Positions 1 to 8,205 of a DNA stretch of 10,980 nucleotides are shown here, in pieces. Source of the stretch: Octopus sinensis (taxonomy: Eukaryota); the NCBI RefSeq assembly GCF_006345805.1, contig NW_021827219.1, forward strand, positions 1 to 10,980. The letters run 5' to 3'. The number at the start of each line of letters is the position of its first letter. Positions within the stretch are counted from its first letter, which is position 1. The notes below the pieces were generated by a model. That model saw only the letters and a list, made by a program, of their open reading frames with translations. It searched no databases and was not told the DNA's origin. A program made the position numbers and the translations under genes.

Positions 1-34
<34 letters not shown>

Positions 35-160
35 TTATATATATAATATATATATGTATGTATATATATGTATGATATATATATGTGTATATATATATAT
101 ATTATATATGTATATATATATATATATATATATTTGTACACACACATGTATATATATATA
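1..160. repeat. (TA)n microsatellite, imperfect, with TATG/CA interruptions
   Basis: Direct dinucleotide runs from base 1. Confidence 0.97.
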
Positions 161-422
161 GGAATGAGATAGATAGGGAGAGAAATTGAGAGAGAGGGGG
201 GGGGAATCTTTGCATGTTTATATGAGTGTGTTTGTGTGTTTGTCTGCGTACGTAAATAGTCTACAATAATGCAGAGAGAGTAAATAAATATATTTGGAAG
301 CTACTTAATTTTACATACAAATTTCATTTTCAGGTATATAAAAATTGGATAATATTATTTTATATATGAAATCTAATTTCCAATATGAAAATTATTGTTT
401 TGGAATCACATTTTACCGGCGC

Positions 423-482
423 GCACACACACACACACACGAACACACAACCCCCCCCCCCTACACACACACACACACACAC
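423..482. repeat. (CA)n microsatellite interrupted by a poly-C run
   Basis: gcacacacac...cccccccccc...acacacacac seen directly. Confidence 0.95.
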
Positions 483-806
483 AATGATAGAGAAAGTAAG
501 TGTGTGCGTTTGAGAGAGAGAGGGGGGAATATACGTCACTATTTAAATGTCTGTAGATATACATACGCCACAAAACAAACATATGAAGATCTTAGTTAGG
601 TGTGAAGAGGCACGTGCATGTATGTGTGTAGAGAGAGATTCAGAGATATAAATATATGCATACACACATAGGTATATACGTACATGCACACACATATAGA
701 TGTATACGGGCATACATATATATTCCTTTATTCACTCATTCATGCATACATACATACATACATTCGTGCAGACATACGCTTAAATACATGCATATCTAAA
801 AACATT

Positions 807-846
<40 letters not shown>
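807..846. repeat. (TA)n microsatellite abutting the left arm of the long hairpin
   Basis: Pure TA run at 816-846. Confidence 0.95.
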
Positions 847-848
<2 letters not shown>

Positions 849-1046
849 CAAAATAAGCAACAAGGATATCCAGAGGTAATGCTGTACGATCGTTTCATGC
901 AACTCCATTTATTGAACAATGCAAACATTACATCAATTTGCTCTGCATTTTAAATTGATGTAATGATTGCATTGTTCAATTAAATGAAGTTGCATGAAAC
1001 GATCGTACTGTATTACCTCTGTATATCCTTGTTGCTTATTTTGATT
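846..1046. repeat. Long near-perfect inverted repeat (foldback; MITE-like or hairpin-RNA candidate)
   Basis: 846-939 pairs with 1046-952. 89 of 94 left-arm positions are Watson-Crick. Non-WC positions are 870, 881 (G:T), 883, 905 and 925, with one bulged T near 981. The loop is 940-951 (gctctgcatttt). Confidence 0.97.
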
Positions 1047-1148
1047 TTAATCACCTACTTTGAAATTATTAGATAATAGCATACTAAATTCTGATGCCTC
1101 AAATTTACCATTACATATCACTGAATCTAAATCTTTGCTGAACTCATC

Positions 1149-1157
1149 TATCTATCT

Positions 1158-1205
<48 letters not shown>

Positions 1206-1220
1206 GTATACATATATCTA

Positions 1221-1273
<53 letters not shown>
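1149..1273. repeat. Compound (TCTA)/(TA)n/(TATG)n microsatellite
   Basis: Direct repeats seen. Confidence 0.95.
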
Positions 1274-1494
1274 GAGAGTAAAGTGTTATTGATATTTCAA
1301 TATTTTCATTCGACCAACAGAAAGTTTGAGTAAACGGAAAACAAACGAACCTGTAATGCGTATCAGAAACAGCTCCAAGTCAAAGGAGCACAAATGTAGA
1401 AATATATAAAACCGGTTATTTACGCCTCTTCTCAATCGAACATACATACATGCATTCATGCATAAAGACATCTTTATTATATATATTGTTATTA

Positions 1495-1495
1495 G

Positions 1496-1536
<41 letters not shown>

Positions 1537-1617
1537 TGTGTGTGTGTATGCATATATTTATATATTATTTATGTTATATATATATATATATATGTATATA
1601 CATATATATATATACAC
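1495..1617. repeat. Compound (TA)n/(TG)n microsatellite
   Basis: Direct repeats seen. Confidence 0.93.
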
Positions 1618-1707
1618 GTGTAAATATAAGGATAAGCAAGTTAGACAAGTCGATATACAACAATTATTAAATGCATTTAATACAAAAGATGTACATGTTT
1701 ACATATA

Positions 1708-1712
<5 letters not shown>

Positions 1713-1779
<67 letters not shown>
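1713..1779. repeat. Compound (CT)n-(AT)n microsatellite
   Basis: A perfect CT run is followed directly by a perfect AT run. Confidence 0.97.
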
Positions 1780-1783
<4 letters not shown>

Positions 1784-1956
1784 TAGATATCATTTCTCTT
1801 CTGTGTCAGTCGGACTTTTTTTTATATGTATACATTGTACATTTTTTGTGTACTAAAATGTATTTAATAATTTTTGTACGTCGATTTGCCTTATTTGCTT
1901 AACCTAACTTTTACGCCTCTACCTGCTCTAGTTTAAATCTCTTGAGCACTACCAAC

Positions 1957-1966
1957 TATATATATA

Positions 1967-1998
<32 letters not shown>

Positions 1999-2020
1999 CA
2001 CAAACACGCACACACACACA
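1957..2020. repeat. (TA)n-(CA)n microsatellite
   Basis: Direct repeats seen. Confidence 0.93.
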
Positions 2021-2310
2021 AAGAGGGGTGACATTCAGTTGCGTGGATTTGGTCTGCTAATCTCCTTCAGACAATCCGACGCAAGCTTACAGTCCGTCAT
2101 TTTGAAATTGTTGTTTCACCCTTTACGTGAGAAAATATATTAAACTTTTACTCCAAAACAATATTGTGTAATTCTTCAGATTAATGTTTAATTTTTGTAA
2201 GAACTTGCCATAGAACTAAACATGTATGTATGCATGCATGATAGATCTGATGAATAAACACGGATAAACAATTTGGCTTATAATGTTATGTTTGCGGATA
2301 TATGAAATAA

Positions 2311-2377
2311 GTGATATATATACATATATGTATTTGTATGTATACATACATATATATATATATAGATATACATACAC

Positions 2378-2431
<54 letters not shown>

Positions 2432-2460
2432 TATATATATATACACGCGCACACGTATAT
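2311..2460. repeat. Imperfect (TA)n/(TATG)n microsatellite
   Basis: Direct repeats seen, with a long pure TA run around 2381-2430. Confidence 0.95.
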
Positions 2461-2562
2461 GTTTTGAGTACATTATTTGAGAATAGTTATTATTGACAAG
2501 AATTATTACGATTGTCTTACTATTATAATCTAATCCAATCACAATAGAAGGGGATTATCTTA

Positions 2563-2745
2563 ACTGTTAGGGAGTCGGAAAAGAAAATCTGTTGATATTT
2601 CTACCGGTTATCTATGCTTTAGGATTCAAATAAATCCTGTCGAAAGCAAATTAGCATTCTGTCCCTCCTGGGTCGTTAGAACAGAAAACCAATCAAGCAC
2701 TAACATTGCCCTTATCGACCGACTCCTTCCTCTTAGAATTTCTCT
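2563..2745 (+). mobile_element. Highly degenerate tRNA-derived SINE (family A)
   Basis: gttagggagtcgga...ggattcaaa (B-box-like)...ctgggtcgttag...accaatcaagcact...atcgac is collinear with the better-preserved copies at 4589 and 8811. Confidence 0.55.
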
Positions 2746-2764
2746 CCCGTTTTCTCAAGTTAGG

Positions 2765-2875
2765 AACGATCATTACCATTATAATTATCGTCATCATTAT
2801 AATTATAACCATCATCATCATCATCGTCGTCGTCGTCGTCGTTTGTCATCATCATCATCGTCGTCATCGTCATCA
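2765..2875. repeat. Compound (ATT)/(ATC)/(GTC) trinucleotide microsatellite
   Basis: Direct repeats seen; explains the poly-I/V/H ORF 2706-2957. Confidence 0.95.
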
Positions 2876-2982
2876 CCTCTATGTTCAGCAAAACTCTGTG
2901 TTTCCATTTATGTCATATCCATTGTTTGTTTGTAAAGTTTCTAAATGTTGCATCTAGCTTCTGCCAATGATGTTATGACTGA

Positions 2983-3170
2983 TTGTTGTTGTTTTATCAC
3001 AGGTCAATGTCGATCATGCATACCTATGATCAAAGACACTCCACTCCTGACCGCCATTTCTAGGGAGATGCATGACAAACTATATTATTCAATTTATTGA
3101 GTGTGTTTGGAGGGCGATTTGACGTCTGTTTCTTGTAAGTTCTGTGTGCATGTTGAGGCTCACTCGTTAC
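2983..3170 (-). mobile_element. Interspersed repeat fragment (family D, SINE-like), inverted relative to the copy at about 10540-10660
   Basis: The reverse complement ctttgatcataggtatgcatgatcgacattgacctgtgataaaacaacaac aligns to 10607-10657 cattgatcataggtttactcaatcaggattgacctagggctaaacacaaac. Absolute strand is inferred. Confidence 0.65.
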
Positions 3171-3559
3171 CCTGTACTCTTCCTAATCACCTTGTACCTG
3201 TCAAATCACTTTAAATGATTACAATTATAGAAATTGGTAATATCTTTGTCTTATTCAATATTTTCTCGTTTGCATCACAACGCGCACACATTTAGCCACG
3301 ATTCCTATAATGATAAAATCCAAATACATCCCTGCACAATATCCTGGTTACACCATCCTGCTATATTATCAATGTCGATATCGGAAAGTTTTCCTTAATT
3401 TTTTCCCCCCAATCAGTTTATTACAAGCATATCTCATTTTTCAGTCCAATACCTGTCTCGGAAAATATCTTTGCCCCATATTATATTTCTAATTTGGTGG
3501 TGTTTGCATGTTGTTCATAAAATAAACCCACATACATCATGGACTCCTGGACGTGTAAT

Positions 3560-3735
3560 TCTATTTGACATACCTATTTCTTTACTATCCACAAGGGGCT
3601 AAACACAGAGGAGACAAACAAGAACAGACAGACAGGCGGATTAAGTCGATTATATCGACCCCAGTGCGTAACTGGTACTTAATTTATCGACCCTGAAAGG
3701 ATGAAAAGCAAAGTCGACCTCTATTTGACATACCT
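3560..3735 (-). mobile_element. 5'-truncated family A SINE (3576-3719) with a 16-bp target-site duplication
   Basis: tctatttgacatacct occurs at 3560-3575 and 3720-3735. The insert reads (minus strand) ggtcgactttgcttttcatcctttcagggtcgataaattaagtaccagttacgcactggggtcgatataatcgac and matches the SINE body at 8900-8980. Confidence 0.9.
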
Positions 3736-3893
3736 TGGACTAACTGACATAGCTTGACAAAAGCAGGTTTATCTTCTATCTTACAGCTACCCCGGGTACA
3801 TTCTATATCTAGTAGCTTCGCTCATTACTTTCATTTTCCTCACATAACTTTTCTTGAGTAAATATTTTTATTATTGCGAAGTTTGTTTAAATT

Positions 3894-4085
3894 ACAGAAT
3901 CGGTAGAAGTTCGGACAAAATGCCTTGAGGTATTGAATGGCGACTCTTTATATATTGAATTCAAATCGCTCCTTTCAAGTATCGCAGTGTTGATAAAGTC
4001 ATTAACAATCCAGAACTGGGGTTGATTATATCGAGTAGAAATTCCGACCTAACTTCGAAGGCCTGTATCTATCTTACATAAGAAT
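3894..4085 (+). mobile_element. Degenerate family A SINE with internal deletion
   Basis: cagaatcggtag...ggacaaaatgcc...gaattcaaatc (B box)...cctttc...gataaag...actggggttgattatatcgagt. Confidence 0.7.
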
Positions 4086-4439
4086 ATTGTAAAGTGATGA
4101 CATAACTTTGCCTTGGCTTTTGGTCCAGAGAGGTTAACGAATAGATATTTGCATAACTTTCACAGCCTAGTGGTCGCCGTTCTTCGTAATAACCCGTGGT
4201 TTCGTTGTTTCACTGGCGAAAAGCTTTCACCATTTCAATCCTGTTTCACCTCTACTATTATTACATGTGTTGTCAATATAATTCTATTGAAATAGCCTAT
4301 CCCTTCTTAATTCTAACTTACTTTTCAATATGAAATATATCTCTGTCTGTTAATGTTCTGTAAAGGTGTTACCATTATGGAATAACCAGTAGAGACTCAA
4401 ACAAAATGAATTGTAATATTTAGTCACGCCCGTTTATCT

Positions 4440-4540
4440 TTCCAGCTTAAATCCCATTGAGACCGACTTTGCTCTTCATTCTTTCAGGATCGATAGAATA
4501 AAGTACCATTCTTGATTTGTGGTCGATTTAAGAGATTGTT
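4440..4540 (+). mobile_element. Family A SINE body fragment
   Basis: ttaaatcccattgagaccgactttgctcttcattctttcaggatcgatagaataaagtacc...ggtcgattta. Confidence 0.7.
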
Positions 4541-4588
4541 TGTGGTTCAATGCCGATGGCAGAAATCCTTATTATCAAGACCTGTCAT

Positions 4589-4790
4589 GACGGAGAGCTG
4601 GCAGATTCTTTAGCATGCCGGACAAAATGTTTTATTGTATTTCTTCCGACTCTTTACGTTCTGAATTCAAATACTGTGGAGGCTGGCTTTTGCCTATCAT
4701 CCTTGAATACCAGTTGAACACTGGGGTCGTTGTAATCGACTTCTCAATTCCCTCAAAATTGATCGCCTTGAAAAAATAGAAAGACCAATT
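4589..4790 (+). mobile_element. tRNA-derived family A SINE, near full length
   Basis: A-box-like gagctggcaga at about 4595, B-box-like gaattcaaat at 4663-4672, body cagttgaacactggggtcgttgtaatcgact. Confidence 0.85.
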
Positions 4791-4859
4791 ATCCATTCCT
4801 GTTTTCTCAACTGATTCTTGAACTCCACACGTTTTGCAATTGGTCTCTAAAATATTTCT

Positions 4860-4990
4860 ACGGTTTAGCAGAAACGTTAGAGCAGCAGACGAAATTCCTA
4901 GTTGTATTTATCCCAGCTATTTTGCATTTTGAGTTCAAATCCTACTTTGTCTTTCATGTTTTCAAATCCTACTTTGTCTTTCATGTTTTC
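4860..4990 (+). mobile_element. Family A SINE 5' fragment ending in a 27-bp tandem duplication
   Basis: gcagaaacgttagagc...gagttcaaatcc; ttcaaatcctactttgtctttcatgtt occurs at 4934-4960 and 4961-4987. Confidence 0.75.
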
Positions 4991-5018
4991 TTGCTGTGAA
5001 CAGAAACTGCTAACCTAA

Positions 5019-5085
5019 CGAGTGAGCTGGTAGAATTCTTAGAGTTCCACACTGAATGGCTGACCATATTTCTTCAGACTGTCAA
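5019..5085 (+). mobile_element. Degenerate family A SINE head
   Basis: gagtgagctggtagaattcttag resembles the head at 9520-9540. Confidence 0.5.
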
Positions 5086-5256
5086 TCGAAGTTTCAGTAC
5101 AGAAAGCCTGGAACCCCAACATGTCCAAACCCGTTGTTAACCATAGGAGTAGAGTTGCTATGGGTGGTGCTCAGCCTCCTGAGAGATGAGACGAACCTTG
5201 AAAATAAGTGTCCCTTCATCTGTCACTTGCTTTTGCTAAAAAAAAAACATACAGGG

Positions 5257-5300
<44 letters not shown>

Positions 5301-5806
5301 CATCATCACTTTCATTAGCATCTTCTTTCAATTCTGTTTCCATTTCTTGCCGAGTGTCTTCCTGACACCTAGGGCAGAGAAGCATACTGTACACAGTGGT
5401 AGGCCATCAAAACAAGCACACCAGATTGTTCATTTACAGAGTCATGTGATAGAGAAAAACGGGAAGACAGAGAGGAAAAGGGAAAAATAGAAAAGTAAAC
5501 AAATAAAATAAAGAGAGAAAAAGGAAAGAAAATTCACAGCGACGATTTTTCTTCTCAATATGTGTGACCAGTTACCAGTAAAGACAATCTTTTGCATTTC
5601 TTGCATGAATGGTAATCCAGGAGTCATTCTTAGATAATTTTCATTTTTTTTTTGTCCATTCCAAGTATTCCTACAATCATTGGTATTGTAACCGTTTTGA
5701 GATGCCACATTTTTTCGATTTCAATTAGCAGGCCGTTATATTTTCTGAGCTTATCAAATTCTTTTGCCCAGATATTATGGTCACAGGGTATGCTAATCTC
5801 AATTAA
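5257..5806 (-). mobile_element. 5'-truncated RLE-type non-LTR retrotransposon (R4/Dong-like), fragment B: endonuclease C-terminus, 3' UTR and (TAA)n tail
   Basis: Minus-strand translation from 5806 gives LIEISIPCDHNIWAKEFDKLRKYNGLLIEIEKMWHLKTVTIPMIVGILGM. After a frameshift at the T10 run (5644-5653) it continues ENYLRMTPGLPFMQEMQKIVFTGNWSHILRRK. These match RLE motifs (I-D/E-x-x-IP, KE-x-x-K-x-x-KY, P-x-x-G-A/I-LG, LQK...HILRK). A 3' UTR follows, then (ATT)14 at 5257-5298. Confidence 0.85.
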
Positions 5807-6075
5807 TTACTATCATTATTATTCCTTCGTAACACAGTGTAGGTAAAAATGCATCGGAGTCTTTAGTCATCTGTCAAGTCACAACAAGGACCTCAGACAG
5901 ATGATACTTTCCTTAAGATGTGCGCTGTGCCCAATAAGGCTGCCTTTTGCAAGACATCAATCTTGCATGGGATTTCCAGTTGCCTTAAGAAGTCTTGTAG
6001 TTTCGGTGGGATTGAGCCCAGCGCTCCGATCACCACTGGTATCACTTTTGCATTTTTTAAAGTGGTAACGTAAAA
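5807..6075 (-). mobile_element. 5'-truncated RLE-type non-LTR retrotransposon (R4/Dong-like), fragment A
   Basis: The ORF 5893-6198 C-terminal part KVIPVVIGALGSIPPKLQDFLRQLEIPCKIDVLQKAALLGTAHILRKVSSV* is a typical R4/Dong C-terminus. A roughly 70-nt 3' UTR ends in a degenerate TAA tail at 5807-5823. Confidence 0.88.
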
Positions 6076-6077
6076 AT

Positions 6078-6093
6078 TACTATTATTATTAGC

Positions 6094-6129
<36 letters not shown>

Positions 6130-6170
6130 TGGTGGTAGTGGTGGTGGTGGTGGTGGTAGTAGTAGTAGTA
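6078..6170. repeat. Compound (TAT)/(TAG)/(TGG)/(TAG) trinucleotide microsatellite
   Basis: Direct repeats seen; supplies the poly-L/P/T part of ORF 5893-6198. Confidence 0.95.
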
Positions 6171-6325
6171 AGGCGCGAGCTAGAAGAATCGTTAGCACGC
6201 CGGCAAAGTGCTTAGCGGCAGATCATTCGTCTTTACGTTCTGAGTTCCACTTCCACCGAGGTCGACTTTGACTTTCATCAGTCGGGGCCGATATAGAAAA
6301 GATTATTATTATTATTATTATTATT
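6170..6325 (+). mobile_element. Family A SINE, internally deleted at the 3' end, with an (ATT)8 tail
   Basis: aaggcgcgagctagaagaatcgttagcacgccgg...gagttccacttcc (B-box-like)...gaggtcgactttgactttcatc...agaaaag followed by (att)8 at 6302-6325. Confidence 0.88.
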
Positions 6326-6814
6326 GAACCTGAGGCATTATGAAGTGGCCACATTCCTGACAATGTATGTCAATAACATTCTTCACACTTTTCGCTTCAA
6401 CGCTCGGAGGAAAGTAGTTATCATCCTCTTCGAAAAAAAAAAGCAAAAAACAAATAAGATAAAAAGGAAACAAAAACAGCCTCCTTTCTTTCTCTGTGAG
6501 AAATTATTCTTTCGATTATTATATTCTTGGCGGGTAAATTGCTTTGTATGTAACATTTAAATAATATCTTTGTTAAAAATATAATTTATCTTATTTAAAG
6601 CTGATGTTAACTCCCAGAACTTTTATTCCATTCTCACCACACATTTATATTCTTCACCTTAAGTACGGGTCTCTTGTGTTAATAATATCCACCTTAGAAA
6701 TGGGGGTGGATTTTTTCTTCAATCTCTCATTCGTTTCTGAATAGCTATTGTGTATGCTTTCTGTAAAAGCAAGTTCCCTCGATGTTCCTGTCTTTGATTC
6801 CTGGAAATTATATG

Positions 6815-7040
6815 GAGGCCTGTAGTTACCCGGTTTTCATAGCGTATATGCTACTGAGATCACAACATTAGCCCTGAAAGGGACACCGGTCCTTTAAAAA
6901 GATATGCATTTCTAGATGAATGGACTGGCGCAACAACGAGAAATGGAATGTTTTCCTCAAGAACACAACACACCTCCCTGTCCCGGAATCGAAACCACGA
7001 CGATAAGATTGTGAGTGTAACAACCTAATCACTAGGCCAC
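6815..7040 (-). mobile_element. tRNA-derived SINE (family C-like head)
   Basis: On the minus strand, A box tggcctagtgatt (7039-7027) and B box ggtttcgattcc (6996-6985), followed by gtgttcttgaggaaaacattccatttc. Confidence 0.8.
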
Positions 7041-7255
7041 GGGTCATCACTCTTCCTTCAACTTACAAGATTTTTGCATTCCATTGCCATTTTTAAAGAT
7101 ATCCCTCCGCCTATAAGAGTTGATGATACTTAGTTGAGTTCGATTGAGGCTGGTATGTTTTGGTTATTAGACGTATGATGGGGGTTATATGTGAAGGGTT
7201 AACCATGGTGTGAGTGACAACGACAGCGAATGTAAACTATATTGCCAACACCCAC

Positions 7256-7291
7256 CATCATCATCATTATCATCATCATCATCATCGTCGT
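7256..7291. repeat. (ATC)n/(GTC)n microsatellite
   Basis: Direct repeats seen. Confidence 0.93.
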
Positions 7292-7582
7292 CGTCATCAT
7301 CATCTCCGCAAGATCCTATTACCTTGTCATCGTGATACACTCTGACATAACCACAGATCAATTGAATCGTTATCTTCAAATATATTTCTTTTTCCTTTAT
7401 TTTTTTCTTTCTTATCTTCCTCCAGTCACCAGGAATATGAAACTTTGTTGTTCATCTGCACCACCCAAAATCCCTCCTCTGACATCCTTTCTTTTTTTCC
7501 GCCCCCCCCCCCCCCTTTTACCTTCCAACATCATTTCTGTTAATTAGTCTTCCTCTGCATCATCCCTATATACTCTGGTACA

Positions 7583-7690
7583 AGTGATGAGTTCTCCGTC
7601 GGTCTCCATAATGAGCATTCAGTTCTTCAATCACACGAACTACGTTCTTGTTAATTTAATGTGAGGTGGCTAATTCTACAAAAGTGTGTA
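7583..7690 (-). mobile_element. Old 3' fragment of the family C SINE
   Basis: gttctccgtcgg at about 7584 repeats gttctccgtcag at about 7698; the downstream aatttaatgtgaggtggct resembles the 7745-7765 region. Confidence 0.5.
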
Positions 7691-7696
7691 GTATCG

Positions 7697-7973
7697 GTTC
7701 TCCGTCAGTTACGACGACGAGTGTTCCAGGAACAGCCTGCTAGAGATTTAAGCGGCCGAGAACTCTAAGATACACGTTCCCTTTACGTAGTTCTCAGGGA
7801 GATCCAACGTGACACAGAGTGTGACAAGGCTGGCTCATTTAATTACAGGCGCAGCTCATTTTTGCCACCTGTGTGTATAGAAGTACTGAGAAATAAAGTG
7901 TCCTCGTTGGCTGGAATCGAACTCACGACCTTACGATTACAAGCCGAATATACTAACCACGAAGACAGGCGTC
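7697..7973 (-). mobile_element. tRNA-derived SINE (family C), near full length
   Basis: Minus-strand B box gagttcgattcc at 7924-7913 and A-box-like cgtggttag upstream; the body ends ...cgtcgtcgtaactgacggagaac. Confidence 0.85.
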
Positions 7974-8059
7974 AAAGATATGTACCCTGAAAGTAATCTG
8001 ATCGAGAGAATCAACGTGACTCAATGGGACAAAAATGGGCCAAGGAGTTACATGGACAA

Positions 8060-8205
8060 TCCATTTAACAAGCTTCTGTCGACCGAATTTCGGTTATAAG
8101 TTTTGAAATAACCTAAGGTCAACGACTCTTGCTTAAGATATCACACATCGAGATTGAACCCCTGGCCTCTTTATTACGAAGTCAACTTGTTAACCATTCG
8201 GCCAC
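8060..8205 (-). mobile_element. Degenerate tRNA-derived SINE, possibly CORE-type (family B)
   Basis: Minus strand reads gtggccgaatggttaacaag (A box)...ggggttcaatctc (B box)...atcttaagcaag. Confidence 0.65.

Noticed and set aside
301-400. Strong-looking acceptor atttcattttcag at 321-333
   Set aside because: All three frames stop within about 35 nt and no convincing donor follows.
345-2957. Numerous ORFs rich in YI, TH, CV, LS, poly-I and poly-H (for example 345-599, 684-953, 1060-1275, 1458-1856, 2216-2542, 2706-2957)
   Set aside because: They are translations of stop-free microsatellites with no domain-like content.
3190-3555. Possible decayed retroelement coding sequence (Trp-containing short frames on the minus strand)
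   Set aside because: There are frequent stops and no recognisable RT, endonuclease or transposase motif.
3738-3863. Branch-like gactaac, pyrimidine tract and AG at 3786, with a possible 71-nt exon to gtaaat
   Set aside because: The donor is weak and the peptide is low-information; this is expected by chance in AT-rich DNA.
5056-5490. 144-aa plus-strand ORF, the longest in the window, with a hydrophobic poly-Ile stretch
   Set aside because: It runs through a SINE head, the (ATT)14 tail and the antisense 3' UTR of RLE fragment B; the apparent transmembrane segment is the microsatellite.
5893-6198. 101-aa minus-strand ORF as an intact gene
   Set aside because: The N-terminal half comes from antisense SINE sequence and microsatellite; only the C-terminal 55 aa or so are real, retrotransposon-derived coding sequence.
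6970-7040. tRNA-like A/B-box segments here and at 7905-7973, 8150-8205 and 10340-10396 as tRNA genes
   Set aside because: There is no complete cloverleaf or acceptor stem, and three of the four continue into SINE bodies, so they are SINE heads.
7193-7202. gaagggttaa resembling a piggyBac right end (GGG-TTAA)
   Set aside because: No matching TTAA-CCC left end was found in the window.
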